Assembly (NCBI GenBank): GCA_022396035.1
Contig: JAIOXO010000007.1
Span: 2,473-66,472 of the forward strand
Length of the DNA: 64,000 bases
Reading direction: 5' to 3'
Source of the DNA: Actinomycetes bacterium
GTDB taxonomy: Bacteria; Actinomycetota; Humimicrobiia; Humimicrobiales; Humimicrobiaceae
Below the pieces are notes generated by a model, which was given only the letters and a program-made list of their open reading frames with translations, had not been told where the DNA came from and ran no database searches. Both the position numbers and the translations under genes were made by a program. The stretch's first letter is position 1; every line of letters starts with the position of its first letter. Of the stretch, positions 31,296 to 41,054 are shown piece by piece.

Positions 31296-32798
31296 TTATT
31301 CTATTTTCTGGCCACAATTATCACAGAATTTCTGATCTTGGCCTACTTCTTTTCCGCATGAAGGACAGAATCTTGCTGCCGGTTTGGTCTCTTTTTTAAC
31401 TTCTGGCTCAGGTTGAGCTGCTGCCGGAGGAGTTTTCCTCTTTCTTAAAACTACCACTACAATAATAATAACTGCAATTATTATCAGCAAAGGAATAACT
31501 ATAGCCAGTACTATAAGGGTTACTCCCAGAGCAACCGAGCCTGTATCTTCACCCTCAGCTGCTTCTTCCCCTACCGGGCCAGCTTCAGCCTCAGCGCCTT
31601 CTTCTTCCTGGGCCAACTCTTCGGCTACCGGACTTTCCCCTTCTGCTACCGCTTCAGCTTCTTCTTCAGTAGCAGCCAACGGCTCCGTTTCTTCTGCCAG
31701 GGGAACATCTTCACCGCGATCTATTGCTGCCTGACTGTTAGCCTTATACTCCTGAGCCTGCAAATGACCCTGGCTGGAATTAAGAACCGCATCAAAATAT
31801 TTCATGGCCTCAGAATAATGAGACTGCCTGTACATGGCCAGGCCCTTGTCAAAATTATCATCAACCATTCCCAGCTTATTCTCTACACCATTACGGCTGA
31901 GCAAATCTTTTACATCATTGGACGGCCTTAAATAATTAATATTCTCAGAGCTTCCCATGGTAAGTATGCCAATTACCTCACCATTTTCATTCAATACTGG
32001 TCCCCCGCTGTTTCCAGGGGCAGCCGTACCGTCTACCTGAAGCACCTCGGTACCCTCCAGCATTTTCCTGGCGCTAATCATACCAGAAGTAACCGTAGGA
32101 GTCATTACGGATTCCCAGCTTATGTCTGCATTCCAGGGATAACCAATTATGGTGAGAGGATCCTGTATTTCTACCATGGAGGAATCACCAATAATAACAC
32201 TGGATAAAGCCCTGCCGGTAACCGGCTGTATCTTTAAAATGGCTATATCTCTCTGGTCCCAGGGGCTGTAATCAATTATTTCTGCCCTTATATAGGTGGT
32301 ATCAGGATTATCCGGCAACCCGGCAGTAGCAGTATTAAACTGCACCCACACTTCATGGTCAGGTTCTGGGGTATTCTGGCCTTCCACCTTGTAATTGTCA
32401 TAAATCCAGTTCCAGTCAGCATCGGTCAGATCATAATAATCATCAGGATAGGTGTCAAAAATATAGGCATCCAATATCGACCATTTGATATTTACATAAT
32501 CATCCTGGATAACATGGGCAGCAGTAACAATATGGCCGGTATCAGGATTAACCCCAAAACCGGTACCTCCCAGCGGACCGTACATATACTCCACAGACCA
32601 ATCCTCAAAATTGGGATCATAAACGTACCCGTAATACATGGTGGTTACATAACAGATACTGGGCTGGGTCAGTATCAACTTGTCTTTAGCAGTAAACTCA
32701 TAATCTGTAGCATCCTGTGCATATAGTGCCGAAGACAAACCCAGTGCCAGCATCAGGACAAAAACGAAAACGAAACCCCTTAATATTTTTTTAGCCAT
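31296..32798 (-). CDS. Membrane-anchored trypsin-like serine protease with TPR-like helices, acidic linker, TM helix and C-terminal zinc ribbon
   Basis: Signal peptide; VTAAHV / RDIAIL / PGNSGGP triad; E/A-rich linker; hydrophobic helix; CPSC-x10-CDNC. Confidence 0.85.
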   Translation of the reverse strand: MAKKILRGFVFVFVLMLALGLSSALYAQDATDYEFTAKDKLILTQPSICYVTTMYYGYVYDPNFEDWSVEYMYGPLGGTGFGVNPDTGHIVTAAHVIQDDYVNIKWSILDAYIFDTYPDDYYDLTDADWNWIYDNYKVEGQNTPEPDHEVWVQFNTATAGLPDNPDTTYIRAEIIDYSPWDQRDIAILKIQPVTGRALSSVIIGDSSMVEIQDPLTIIGYPWNADISWESVMTPTVTSGMISARKMLEGTEVLQVDGTAAPGNSGGPVLNENGEVIGILTMGSSENINYLRPSNDVKDLLSRNGVENKLGMVDDNFDKGLAMYRQSHYSEAMKYFDAVLNSSQGHLQAQEYKANSQAAIDRGEDVPLAEETEPLAATEEEAEAVAEGESPVAEELAQEEEGAEAEAGPVGEEAAEGEDTGSVALGVTLIVLAIVIPLLIIIAVIIIVVVVLRKRKTPPAAAQPEPEVKKETKPAARFCPSCGKEVGQDQKFCDNCGQKIE

Positions 32799-32829
32799 TT
32801 TTTTCTCCTATTTAGATTCCCATAATTTA

Positions 32830-32857
32830 ATTATATATTTTTACCCTTTGATGTCAA
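32830..32857 (-). promoter_or_regulatory. Consensus sigma70 promoter for the protease gene
   Basis: Minus strand TTGACA-16 nt-TATAAT. Confidence 0.65.
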
Positions 32858-32883
32858 TAAATTATTATAAATATTATTAATAT

Positions 32884-33957
32884 TTATATCAATACTTTTT
32901 TAAAAGTGTTGATACTTTCCGGGGAATCCAGCACTTCAAACTCCAAATGGTAATTTACCCTCTGGCCTGGTTGTATGAATTTCAAGGTTCCCTCCTGCCT
33001 TTCAATTGCCCTTCCCCTCACAAAACTATTTGCAGGTTCCAGACCGCATACGTATTCGCCATTACCCATCATTTTCCACTGCACCAGATGGGGCAGGCTG
33101 TCTTTATTAAACTTAACCGCGATACCCAGTCCCCTGCCGCTGTTAAACTGTGGGTTCACCAGAGCTATATTACTGTAGCCCTGGCGGTCAGCATTTATGT
33201 CATGGAAAAAAACCTGCTCTTTGTAACCATCTACTGGTTTACTAAACCGGTTATAGCTGTCAGTACCCTGCTTTGCCTGTTCATCCCTGGGCCATACCTT
33301 TGCTTTTCCTTCCAGAAGTTCTGTGACTTCATCAATTATGGGATAACCAATATTGATATGGTAAAGTACCATCAGGGGTGAAGTATCGCTGCCAATATTT
33401 TCCACGCTGTCTTCCAGAGTAATCTTAGGAGAATCCATCCATACAGTTATTTTTCTGCTCAGTTCAAGCTTGTCTCCAAAAACGCTAGCCTCTCTTACCT
33501 TCCCCTGTACAGTCATCCGGTAATTATCTCCTACCCATTCACCGTCAGCGCAGACACTATAGGCTGGAAGGTTTGATATACGCCCATGCTGACCTAATTT
33601 TTGACCCTGGTCCACACAGGGAGAACCCATATAGGTTAAACCGCAGGTGGTAACCAGACCCCCGAAGAAAGTCCTTAACCATTCCAGATCCCTGCTCTCA
33701 TAAAATGCAGGGGAGGTTTCTCTTACCACTGAACGCCAGCTTACCGGAATGGACCGGTAAGAAAGCGAGGATATATCCAGTCCCCGGTCAGCCAGCACAG
33801 TCATATCAATACCGCTAACCGTCTTAATATCTATGCCTCTTACCCCCTTTTGCTGACCTTCAGAAAATTGGTAACACTTAATTCCGCCCAGCTGAGTGAT
33901 GTCGCCTATCCTCCGGGTAACTTCACTTTTGGTTAACTCTTCACCAAAGAGCTCCAT
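32884..33957 (-). CDS. Aldose 1-epimerase-like protein (DUF4432-type)
   Basis: DRGLDI, F.GGL.TTCGL, HGRISN, LYH.N.G, GLEP motifs. Confidence 0.8.
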   Translation of the reverse strand: MELFGEELTKSEVTRRIGDITQLGGIKCYQFSEGQQKGVRGIDIKTVSGIDMTVLADRGLDISSLSYRSIPVSWRSVVRETSPAFYESRDLEWLRTFFGGLVTTCGLTYMGSPCVDQGQKLGQHGRISNLPAYSVCADGEWVGDNYRMTVQGKVREASVFGDKLELSRKITVWMDSPKITLEDSVENIGSDTSPLMVLYHINIGYPIIDEVTELLEGKAKVWPRDEQAKQGTDSYNRFSKPVDGYKEQVFFHDINADRQGYSNIALVNPQFNSGRGLGIAVKFNKDSLPHLVQWKMMGNGEYVCGLEPANSFVRGRAIERQEGTLKFIQPGQRVNYHLEFEVLDSPESINTFKKVLI

Positions 33958-33972
33958 AAAACACCTCCGTAT

Positions 33973-35079
33973 TTATTCCAATATCCTATGATAATAATCA
34001 ATATATTCAGGAACAATTTTATTACAATCAAAATCCATAGCCCTTTTTCTGGCTGCCAGGGCCATCTTATCCTTAAGCTTTTGCTCAGATAATATATTTA
34101 TGGCCGCTTCAGACATCCCCTTAATGTCTTCAGGATTAAAAACCAGCCCGCAGCCATAACCTTCCACCACCTCTTTAAGCCCTCCAATCGATGTCCCTAT
34201 TACCGGGACCCCGCAGCTTAAAGCCTCCAGGCTGGCCAGACCAAAGCTCTCACTTAAGGAAGGCTGTAGAAATAAATCAGCCATACTCAGCAAAGACACT
34301 ATATTATCCTGCCTGCCCATAAAATATACACTGTCTTTTAATCCCAGCTGCTTAACCAGTTGCCTGCAGTTTCCCGCTTCCGGACCATCTCCCACCATTA
34401 TCAATTTACCAGGCACCTTTTTTCTTACCTGGCTGAATATACGAATTACATTGTCCACCCTTTTTACCGGCCTGAAGTTGGAAACATGCATCAGCACCCG
34501 GTCATTTTGGCCTATAAAATCCATTTTTGCCGCTTTTCCTCTCTTATACAGAGAAGTATCCACAAAATTATAGATTACCTTCATAGGCTTACTTACTTTA
34601 AATATGCTGTCAGTAGCCTCCCTCAAATAATTGGAAACACAGCTTATTCCGTCACTCTGCTCTATGCTGAATTTGGTTATTCCATAAAAAGAGGCATGAT
34701 TGCCTACAATAGTTATGTCCGTACCGTGAAGGGTAGTAATAAATTTTAATCTCCTATTGGATATCTGCTTGGCCAGGTAAGCTGAAGCCGCATGAGGAAT
34801 AGCATAATGCACATGGAGTATATCCAGATGTTCAGAATCAATTACTTCCGCCATCTTGGCACTCAGGGAAAGGCTGTAGGGAGGATACTTGAACAGCGGA
34901 TACTCCAGGATTTCCACTTCATGAAAAAATATATTTTCATAGTAACTGTTCAGCCTGAAGGGCAGCCCATAACTTATAAAATGAACTATATGACCCCTTT
35001 TAGCCAGCTCAATTCCCAGCTCAGTAGCTACTGCCCCGCTGCCGCCATAGGTAGGATAACATGTAATTCCTATTTTCAT
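33973..35079 (-). CDS. bshA: N-acetyl-alpha-D-glucosaminyl L-malate synthase
   Basis: MKIGITCYPTYGGSG.VATELG, HVHYAIPHA, TTLHGTDIT, SNFRPVKR, ESFGL motifs. Confidence 0.94.
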   Translation of the reverse strand: MKIGITCYPTYGGSGAVATELGIELAKRGHIVHFISYGLPFRLNSYYENIFFHEVEILEYPLFKYPPYSLSLSAKMAEVIDSEHLDILHVHYAIPHAASAYLAKQISNRRLKFITTLHGTDITIVGNHASFYGITKFSIEQSDGISCVSNYLREATDSIFKVSKPMKVIYNFVDTSLYKRGKAAKMDFIGQNDRVLMHVSNFRPVKRVDNVIRIFSQVRKKVPGKLIMVGDGPEAGNCRQLVKQLGLKDSVYFMGRQDNIVSLLSMADLFLQPSLSESFGLASLEALSCGVPVIGTSIGGLKEVVEGYGCGLVFNPEDIKGMSEAAINILSEQKLKDKMALAARKRAMDFDCNKIVPEYIDYYHRILE

Positions 35080-35081
35080 GC

Positions 35082-35798
35082 TTATATATGAATATAGTTA
35101 AAAAAGTTCAAGGGATCGTCAATCTTAATATTATATTCTGTATAATACGGCTCGCCATACCCGGCAGCTATTTTTAAGCCATGGTACTTGTTCCTGGTAT
35201 TTAGAACCTCCATAAAATATTTTGAAGACAGCCTGGTTTCGGATTGTTTCTGGTAATCACTGTAAAGCTGGGACCGGTAACTGGTTACTGCTTCCATCTT
35301 GGTTTTAAAATAATGGGTTATATCTACTATAAAGCTGGGCTCAAACTCATAATGCATCATATAGTTTATAACCACCCGTGGGCGGTAAGCGGGTAACGAT
35401 GTCCTAAATTTTGCCAGCCCGGATATAAATATGCTGTCTTTTAATAATTGATAGGCATGTTCGTGGTCCGGATGTCGGTCTTTATGATAGGGGGTTATGA
35501 CCAGGCGTGGTCTGCAGGCTCTTAACAGGTCCACTACTTTGGTACGGCTGGGAGTGTCATTGACTATATGGCCATCCTCCAGACCAAGGTTTTCCCTGAT
35601 ATCCAGTTTCAATATTTCTGCTGCCTGTTCTGATTCCCTGGCCCTGATTTTCAGATTTCCATTGGTGGAAAGCTCACCATGGGTAAGATCTGCAATGCCT
35701 GTCTTAAAACCGGCAGCCTTCATCTTGAGCAATAACCCTCCACAGCCCATTTCAGCATCATCAGGATGAGCCCCAAAAGCCAGTACACCTATGTCCAT
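35082..35798 (-). CDS. bshB1: GlcNAc-malate deacetylase
   Basis: AHPDDAE.GCGG, DLT.GELS, DRHPDH, Y.SQ motifs; lies between bshC and bshA. Confidence 0.92.
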   Translation of the reverse strand: MDIGVLAFGAHPDDAEMGCGGLLLKMKAAGFKTGIADLTHGELSTNGNLKIRARESEQAAEILKLDIRENLGLEDGHIVNDTPSRTKVVDLLRACRPRLVITPYHKDRHPDHEHAYQLLKDSIFISGLAKFRTSLPAYRPRVVINYMMHYEFEPSFIVDITHYFKTKMEAVTSYRSQLYSDYQKQSETRLSSKYFMEVLNTRNKYHGLKIAAGYGEPYYTEYNIKIDDPLNFFNYIHI

Positions 35799-35799
35799 A

Positions 35800-37446
35800 T
35801 TACTCCACCTCTATCATCTTATGACCAAAATCAAAACATCTGAATTCATTATAGATTTCATCTATTAACCTGAAATCATATTTGTTTATATAACTAATAA
35901 CGCTTATCTCTCTTTCCTGCATATTACCATGGGGCAACAGGTTTAATTTTATCTTCTCTACTGCTTTTTTAATATGCTGGTTCTGTTTCTTGTATTGTGA
36001 GTACAGCTTATGACCAAGGACGGTAGTTTCACGGTCTATGTTTCTTTTAATTCTATCAAAAGTTGAAGAAATATTCATCAGGCTTTCAGACAATGCTTTT
36101 TCAGCTTCTTCTATATTTTCTGTTATTTTGCTGTTCAGGTCTTGAACTGCCCGGTTTATATCTACATCCATGTGCCTTTTTAACACCTGTTTCTCTATAA
36201 ATCCCAGCTCTTCCCATATATACCGGTAATCAATCCCATATTTTTCCAGACTCTTGTTTACTCTCTTCTCTATCAGAGTAGCCGAAAAACGGGGGTAGAT
36301 TACCGGCATTTGCACCCCGTAGAGCTTATAAACTGGCCCCAGCTGGGCAAAATAACTTATCTCACCCGGGCCGCAAACCGTTGCCACTACCGGAAACAGG
36401 CTATCCTGAATTATGGGCCTGAGCACTACATTAAAACTAAGGTCAGACATGCAGCCGGCAAATTTTTCCTTAATCTGACCGGCACTAAAAATTTGGCCTT
36501 CCCACCTGTATTGCCGGCCATCAGTCTTAATTTTTTCTCTGTTACCATCCCGGGTTACAAAAAAATTAAGGTAATTCCCCCTGTTTTTCAGCTGGGCATG
36601 GTACCCGCCATCCTTAAGTCTTATGCCTGCGTCATCTATCAGCTCCCCTGCTTTTATACCTAAATCAATATCTTTTTCAATCAAGTCTGATGACAGCTGT
36701 TTTATTTCCTCCATTGCCGGATCAATTATCACCAGGCCCCATCTGGAAAACAGCTTTAACATAAAAGAAGAAAATGTTTTGGAAAAACTGATTTTTCCGT
36801 TCTGCTCTGCACAGCTCAAGGACTCCCCTATAAAATCAACCAAGCTCTGTTTAAAATCAGTAGGTATAAGGTTTCTATCCAGCTGGTCTATAATCTCATC
36901 AATCTGGTCCTGGTTTAAGCCGAGGTCTGAGTACCTGATATTTTCCGGCAGTCTCTTTATGCTTATATTCTTCAGATTGCGGCCTATTAAATTTATATGA
37001 TCTACCTGGGATATGTTGCTGTCATCTGAAGCATTCCAGAAACAGGGTATAACTTCCACTCCAAGCTCCTGTTTCAGACAAGCAGCCAGCTTGATAACGG
37101 TTATAGCTTTATAAATCATAAACAGGGGCCCGCCCAAAAAAACCGGTTGTTGTCCCCCAATCACCATCAGTGAATTCTCTTTGGAAAGCTTGCCTATATT
37201 TTTTAAGGTTTTCTGGCCGGCCCCCAACTCACCATTATATTTTTTTAGGGCTCCAGCCAGCCTTTTTCTGTACCCCCGGTTATAATTTTTTAAAACCTGT
37301 CCGGCCCGTTCATGATAGCTGGCCGGTGAGCGGTAATCATAATGGTAGAAATCCTTGAGATGCCCGAAATTAAAAAGATAGTCATAAAACAGCTGGTTAT
37401 AGTAGAAACGCTTATCCTTTATAATGAAGTTATTTAAATTGGCCAC
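35800..37446 (-). CDS. bshC: Bacillithiol biosynthesis cysteine-adding enzyme
   Basis: GQQ....GGPL..IYKA, S.NV.LRP..Q, GPGEISY.AQL, QER motifs; 548 aa. Confidence 0.88.
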   Translation of the reverse strand: MANLNNFIIKDKRFYYNQLFYDYLFNFGHLKDFYHYDYRSPASYHERAGQVLKNYNRGYRKRLAGALKKYNGELGAGQKTLKNIGKLSKENSLMVIGGQQPVFLGGPLFMIYKAITVIKLAACLKQELGVEVIPCFWNASDDSNISQVDHINLIGRNLKNISIKRLPENIRYSDLGLNQDQIDEIIDQLDRNLIPTDFKQSLVDFIGESLSCAEQNGKISFSKTFSSFMLKLFSRWGLVIIDPAMEEIKQLSSDLIEKDIDLGIKAGELIDDAGIRLKDGGYHAQLKNRGNYLNFFVTRDGNREKIKTDGRQYRWEGQIFSAGQIKEKFAGCMSDLSFNVVLRPIIQDSLFPVVATVCGPGEISYFAQLGPVYKLYGVQMPVIYPRFSATLIEKRVNKSLEKYGIDYRYIWEELGFIEKQVLKRHMDVDINRAVQDLNSKITENIEEAEKALSESLMNISSTFDRIKRNIDRETTVLGHKLYSQYKKQNQHIKKAVEKIKLNLLPHGNMQEREISVISYINKYDFRLIDEIYNEFRCFDFGHKMIEVE

Positions 37447-37505
37447 TCTTTTACAAATTATTTAAAAATTATAATATAGGCATACTATAATATATAACAG
37501 ATAAA

Positions 37506-38954
37506 ATGGATAATATAAACCATATATATAAAAACCACCCCAAATCAATATATCGCGGGGTAATAGAAAATGCGGATGCAGCAGGTAATGCAGATTCAGC
37601 CAGCTTACAAACCAGGATTGGTTTCACTTCCCGTATCAGCCAGACCACTATAATAGATATAAAGTTTACCTGTTGCGGACAAGATTCGGCTGCAGTCTTT
37701 GCCAGCTACCTCGTCGGCCTGGTTAAAGGAAAAGATATATTCCAAGCAGCATTTATTAGCTATAGATATCTGCAGCCATATTTTAATGCTGTTCCAGGCA
37801 ACTTAAAACCGGCAGCCTTGACTGCCCTCCGTGCTTTTTCTGATATGCTTTCCAGCTACTGGTCGTCTGCAAACCAAAAGCTTTACCCCCTTGACGACAA
37901 CCGGGTAGTGGTTGCCATGAGTGGAGGCATAGACAGTTCCGTAACCGCTAAAATGCTGGTAGAGGAAGGTTATCAGGTTATAGGGGTAACCCTTAAACTC
38001 TTACCTGACAGTTTCAACTACCAGAATAAATCAGGAACCTGCTGTTCTCCCACCGATATCACTCTGGCCCGGCGGGTATGCCTGGAGCTGGGTATTTCCC
38101 ACCTGGTGCTGGATATAGCAGATGAGTTTAAGGAAACAATAATAGATACCTTTTTTGATAAATATATGCAGGGCATAACCCCCAATCCCTGTGTAGACTG
38201 CAATCCCCGGATAAAATTTGGGCTGCTTCTTGACCGGGCCATACAGCTGGGTGCTGCCTATATGGCTACCGGCCATTATTGTATCCTGGAAAAAAAACAG
38301 GGCACCTGCATTATAAAAAAAGGTGTAGACCAGACCAAGGATCAGAGCTATATGCTGTGGAAGCTGAATCAACATCAGCTAAGCCATATTAAATTCCCAC
38401 TGGGCGGGTACCATAAACGGGATATTAAAAAAATGGGCTCCCGGTATTTTCCCTTTCTTAAAGGAAAACCCGAAAGCCAGGATATATGTTTTATAAGCCC
38501 CCAAGGCTATCAGCATTATCTGGCTGCCAAATTTGGCACAGGAGAGGGAAATATACTAAACAGCCAGGGCCAGGTACTGGGCCGGCATAAAGGTTACCCC
38601 TATTACACCATTGGACAGAGAAAAGGGCTGGGTATAAGCCACGCCAGGCCATTGTATGTAAAGAAAATAATACCAGAACAGAACGCTGTGGTGGTAGGAG
38701 AGAAAGAAGAACTGCTGCAAAAAGAATTCAGGGCAGATCAATTGAATTTTTTAACCGGAAATCCCCCTTCCCAAAAATTCAGGGCCCAAATAATGATAAG
38801 GTATAATTTCAAACCGGTTCCGGCTACCATAGAATTACTGGACAGCCAATGTGCCAAATGCTGTTTCGATGTTGCCCAGCTGGCCATAACTCCCGGACAG
38901 TCAGCGGTTTTCTACCAGGATAACCTTCTATTGGGCGGAGGCATAATTACATAA
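37506..38954 (+). CDS. mnmA: tRNA-specific 2-thiouridylase with N-terminal IscU/NifU-like extension
   Basis: AMSGGIDS, TPNPCVDCN, ATGHY, KDQSY, ESQDICF, TIGQRKG, TPGQSAVFY; extra ~130-aa N-terminal domain. Confidence 0.93.
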   Translation: MDNINHIYKNHPKSIYRGVIENADAAGNADSASLQTRIGFTSRISQTTIIDIKFTCCGQDSAAVFASYLVGLVKGKDIFQAAFISYRYLQPYFNAVPGNLKPAALTALRAFSDMLSSYWSSANQKLYPLDDNRVVVAMSGGIDSSVTAKMLVEEGYQVIGVTLKLLPDSFNYQNKSGTCCSPTDITLARRVCLELGISHLVLDIADEFKETIIDTFFDKYMQGITPNPCVDCNPRIKFGLLLDRAIQLGAAYMATGHYCILEKKQGTCIIKKGVDQTKDQSYMLWKLNQHQLSHIKFPLGGYHKRDIKKMGSRYFPFLKGKPESQDICFISPQGYQHYLAAKFGTGEGNILNSQGQVLGRHKGYPYYTIGQRKGLGISHARPLYVKKIIPEQNAVVVGEKEELLQKEFRADQLNFLTGNPPSQKFRAQIMIRYNFKPVPATIELLDSQCAKCCFDVAQLAITPGQSAVFYQDNLLLGGGIIT

Positions 38955-39088
38955 CAGCTGCAACTGCAATTTTTAAAATACCTGTAGATACCCTGAGCTG
39001 CCAATATTTTAGTTTTAAGTAATATTTAAGGTTTGTATTTAATTTCTTTTAAATACATAAAAAACATGTACTCCTTAATTTCATTTTC

Positions 39089-39117
39089 TTGCCATATCCT
39101 TTTGATGATCCTAAACT
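39089..39117 (+). promoter_or_regulatory. Putative sigma70 promoter for the ligD modules
   Basis: TTGCCA-17 nt-TAAACT, ~20 nt upstream of the ATG at 39140. Confidence 0.5.
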
Positions 39118-39139
39118 GAATATCAAAGAAAGGAATAAC

Positions 39140-39718
39140 ATGAACAATCTGGACCAGTACAAGAAAAAAAGAGACTTTAAAAAAACTACAGAACCCCAGG
39201 CAAAAGTCAAACCCGGCAAGCAGGGCCTGATTTATGCCATTCAGAAACATAAATCAAGAAACCTTCACTATGATTTAAGGTTGGAGCTGGACGGTGTACT
39301 CAAGTCATGGGCCATCCCCAAGGGCCCTTCTACCGATCCGTCACAAAAAAGACTGGCTGTTCCCACCGAGGACCACCCTATTGATTATGCCCGGTTTGAA
39401 GGCATCATTCCGGAAGGGCAATACGGGGCAGGTACAGTAATAGTATGGGATAAAGGCACCTACCGAAATTTGAAACAGGACAAAAGCACAGCAGAGTCTT
39501 TGCAGCAGGGAAAGTTGGAGTTTTTCATTCAGGGTAAAAAGCTGCAGGGCGCCTATGTTTTGCTCCAGACAGGCAAGAAAAATGATGATAATAGCAGATG
39601 GCTGCTTATAAAAATGAAAGACCAGCATGCAGATGCCCGCAGAAATCCCACCAGCACTGAACCCCGGTCAGTAATTAGCGGCAAAACCATTGAAGAGCTG
39701 GAAAAGCAAAATGACTGA
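39140..39718 (+). CDS. LigD 3'-phosphoesterase (PE) module, stand-alone
   Basis: Y..KRDF..T.EP, QKH....[33 protein letters not shown] motifs. Confidence 0.92.
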   Translation: MNNLDQYKKKRDFKKTTEPQAKVKPGKQGLIYAIQKHKSRNLHYDLRLELDGVLKSWAIPKGPSTDPSQKRLAVPTEDHPIDYARFEGIIPEGQYGAGTVIVWDKGTYRNLKQDKSTAESLQQGKLEFFIQGKKLQGAYVLLQTGKKNDDNSRWLLIKMKDQHADARRNPTSTEPRSVISGKTIEELEKQND

Positions 39719-39842
39719 AAACTCACTGCTTGAAAATATATTTTCAAAACAAAGGCTGGCCGGCCTTGACCCGGAAGAAATACCTGCCCGCTATAAGAGC
39801 TTAAGGGAAGATAAACCGCCCCACAAGGTCAGAAAGAAATAA
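39711..39842 (+). CDS. Unannotated 43-aa ORF overlapping both LigD module genes
   Basis: [43 protein letters not shown]; start overlaps the PE stop (ATGACTGA) and stop overlaps the Pol start (TAATG). Confidence 0.45.
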   Translation: MTENSLLENIFSKQRLAGLDPEEIPARYKSLREDKPPHKVRKK

Positions 39843-40762
39843 TGAACAAAAGAACCTATAAAATTGAAGGTAAAATCATAGAAGCCTCCCATCTGGAAAA
39901 AATTTTCTATCCTGGCCAGAAAATCCGCAAACAGGACATACTGGATTATTACCAGAAAATTGCTTCCATCATGCTGCCCCACCTAAAAGGGCGGCCACTA
40001 AATATGCACCGGGCTCCAGACGGCATAGAAGGCGAAACTTTTTATCAGCAGGATGCTCCGGACTATTTCCCCCGCTGGATAGACCTGATAGAAGTTACCA
40101 GGGCTGATGGAACCAGATTAAGCCATGCCATATGCAATTCAAAAGCAGCGCTGATATATCTTTCCAACCAGGCTGTACTTTCGTTTCATACCTGGTTGAG
40201 CACAGCTGGTAATATAAAAAAACCGGATAAAATGATTTTTGACCTGGACCCGCCGCCAGAAGGAGACTTCAGGTCGGTCATAGAGGGAGCGCTTATTATA
40301 AAGGATTCATTTGCCTCCATGTCCGTACACTGCCGGGTTATGACTACCGGCTCCAAAGGCCTTCATGTAGTAATACCTATTACCCCTGAATACAGTTTCA
40401 AGGAAGTCCGTGAAGTTGCCAGAAAAATAGCAGAAATCCTGGTAAGCAAATTCCCCGGCAAATTCACCCTGGAACCATTAAAGAAAAACCGGCAGGGAAA
40501 ACTATACCTGGATTACGCAAGAAACTCTTTCGGGCAGACTACCATCTGTCCCTACTCTTTAAGGATTCTCCCCACCGCCCCCATAGCCACCCCCCTTGAT
40601 TGGGAAGAGCTCCAAAAGCCGGGTATCGGACCACAAACTTACAATATTGGCAATATATTCCGGAGATTAGGCCAGAAACAAGACCCCTGGAAAAACATAT
40701 ACAGCCACAGCGAAAATTTGGAAACAATGAAAAAATGGTTGAATACTTATAAAAAAAGCTGA
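39842..40762 (+). CDS. LigD polymerase (Prim-Pol) module, stand-alone
   Basis: R.PDG, FDLDP, TTGSKGLHV, YLDY.RN..GQT...PYS.R, P.ATPL.W.E motifs. Confidence 0.92.
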   Translation: MNKRTYKIEGKIIEASHLEKIFYPGQKIRKQDILDYYQKIASIMLPHLKGRPLNMHRAPDGIEGETFYQQDAPDYFPRWIDLIEVTRADGTRLSHAICNSKAALIYLSNQAVLSFHTWLSTAGNIKKPDKMIFDLDPPPEGDFRSVIEGALIIKDSFASMSVHCRVMTTGSKGLHVVIPITPEYSFKEVREVARKIAEILVSKFPGKFTLEPLKKNRQGKLYLDYARNSFGQTTICPYSLRILPTAPIATPLDWEELQKPGIGPQTYNIGNIFRRLGQKQDPWKNIYSHSENLETMKKWLNTYKKS

Positions 40763-41044
40763 TTATTCATTATTTTTTTCTTTATCCATTATTTCTTTTA
40801 TCTTCCTCTGTTCCCAGCTGGCACCAAAACTCTTGGTAAACACAAATACGCCCATAGCATGCCAAAACAGGCCAAAACCCCAGGCCCCGGCTACAATTAG
40901 AAACCACAGAAAACCGGGAGAGGTTACCAGATTTATGACCATCAATACTATTATAACCGATATATAGGTTATAAGGTGGGCATAAAATCCTTTAATTTCC
41001 TCTACCCTTTTCTTTGCTTTTATATATTTTTCTTTTTCATCCAT
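40763..41044 (-). CDS. 2TM domain-containing protein
   Basis: AKKRV...KGFY.H, two TM helices, WG.GL..H, WE.RKIKE.M. Confidence 0.85.
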   Translation of the reverse strand: MDEKEKYIKAKKRVEEIKGFYAHLITYISVIIVLMVINLVTSPGFLWFLIVAGAWGFGLFWHAMGVFVFTKSFGASWEQRKIKEIMDKEKNNE

Positions 41045-41054
41045 GGTCCCCTCC

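Noticed and set aside
31540-31710. Repetitive GCTTCTTC/GCTTCAGC tracts
   Set aside because: They encode the low-complexity Glu/Ala linker of the protease; not a DNA repeat array.
39026-39250. Minus-strand ORF, including AAGGAG + [13 protein letters not shown] micro-ORF
   Set aside because: Mostly antisense to the LigD-PE gene and its promoter; the short part coincides with an AT-rich hairpin (39035-39058) better explained as a weak terminator.
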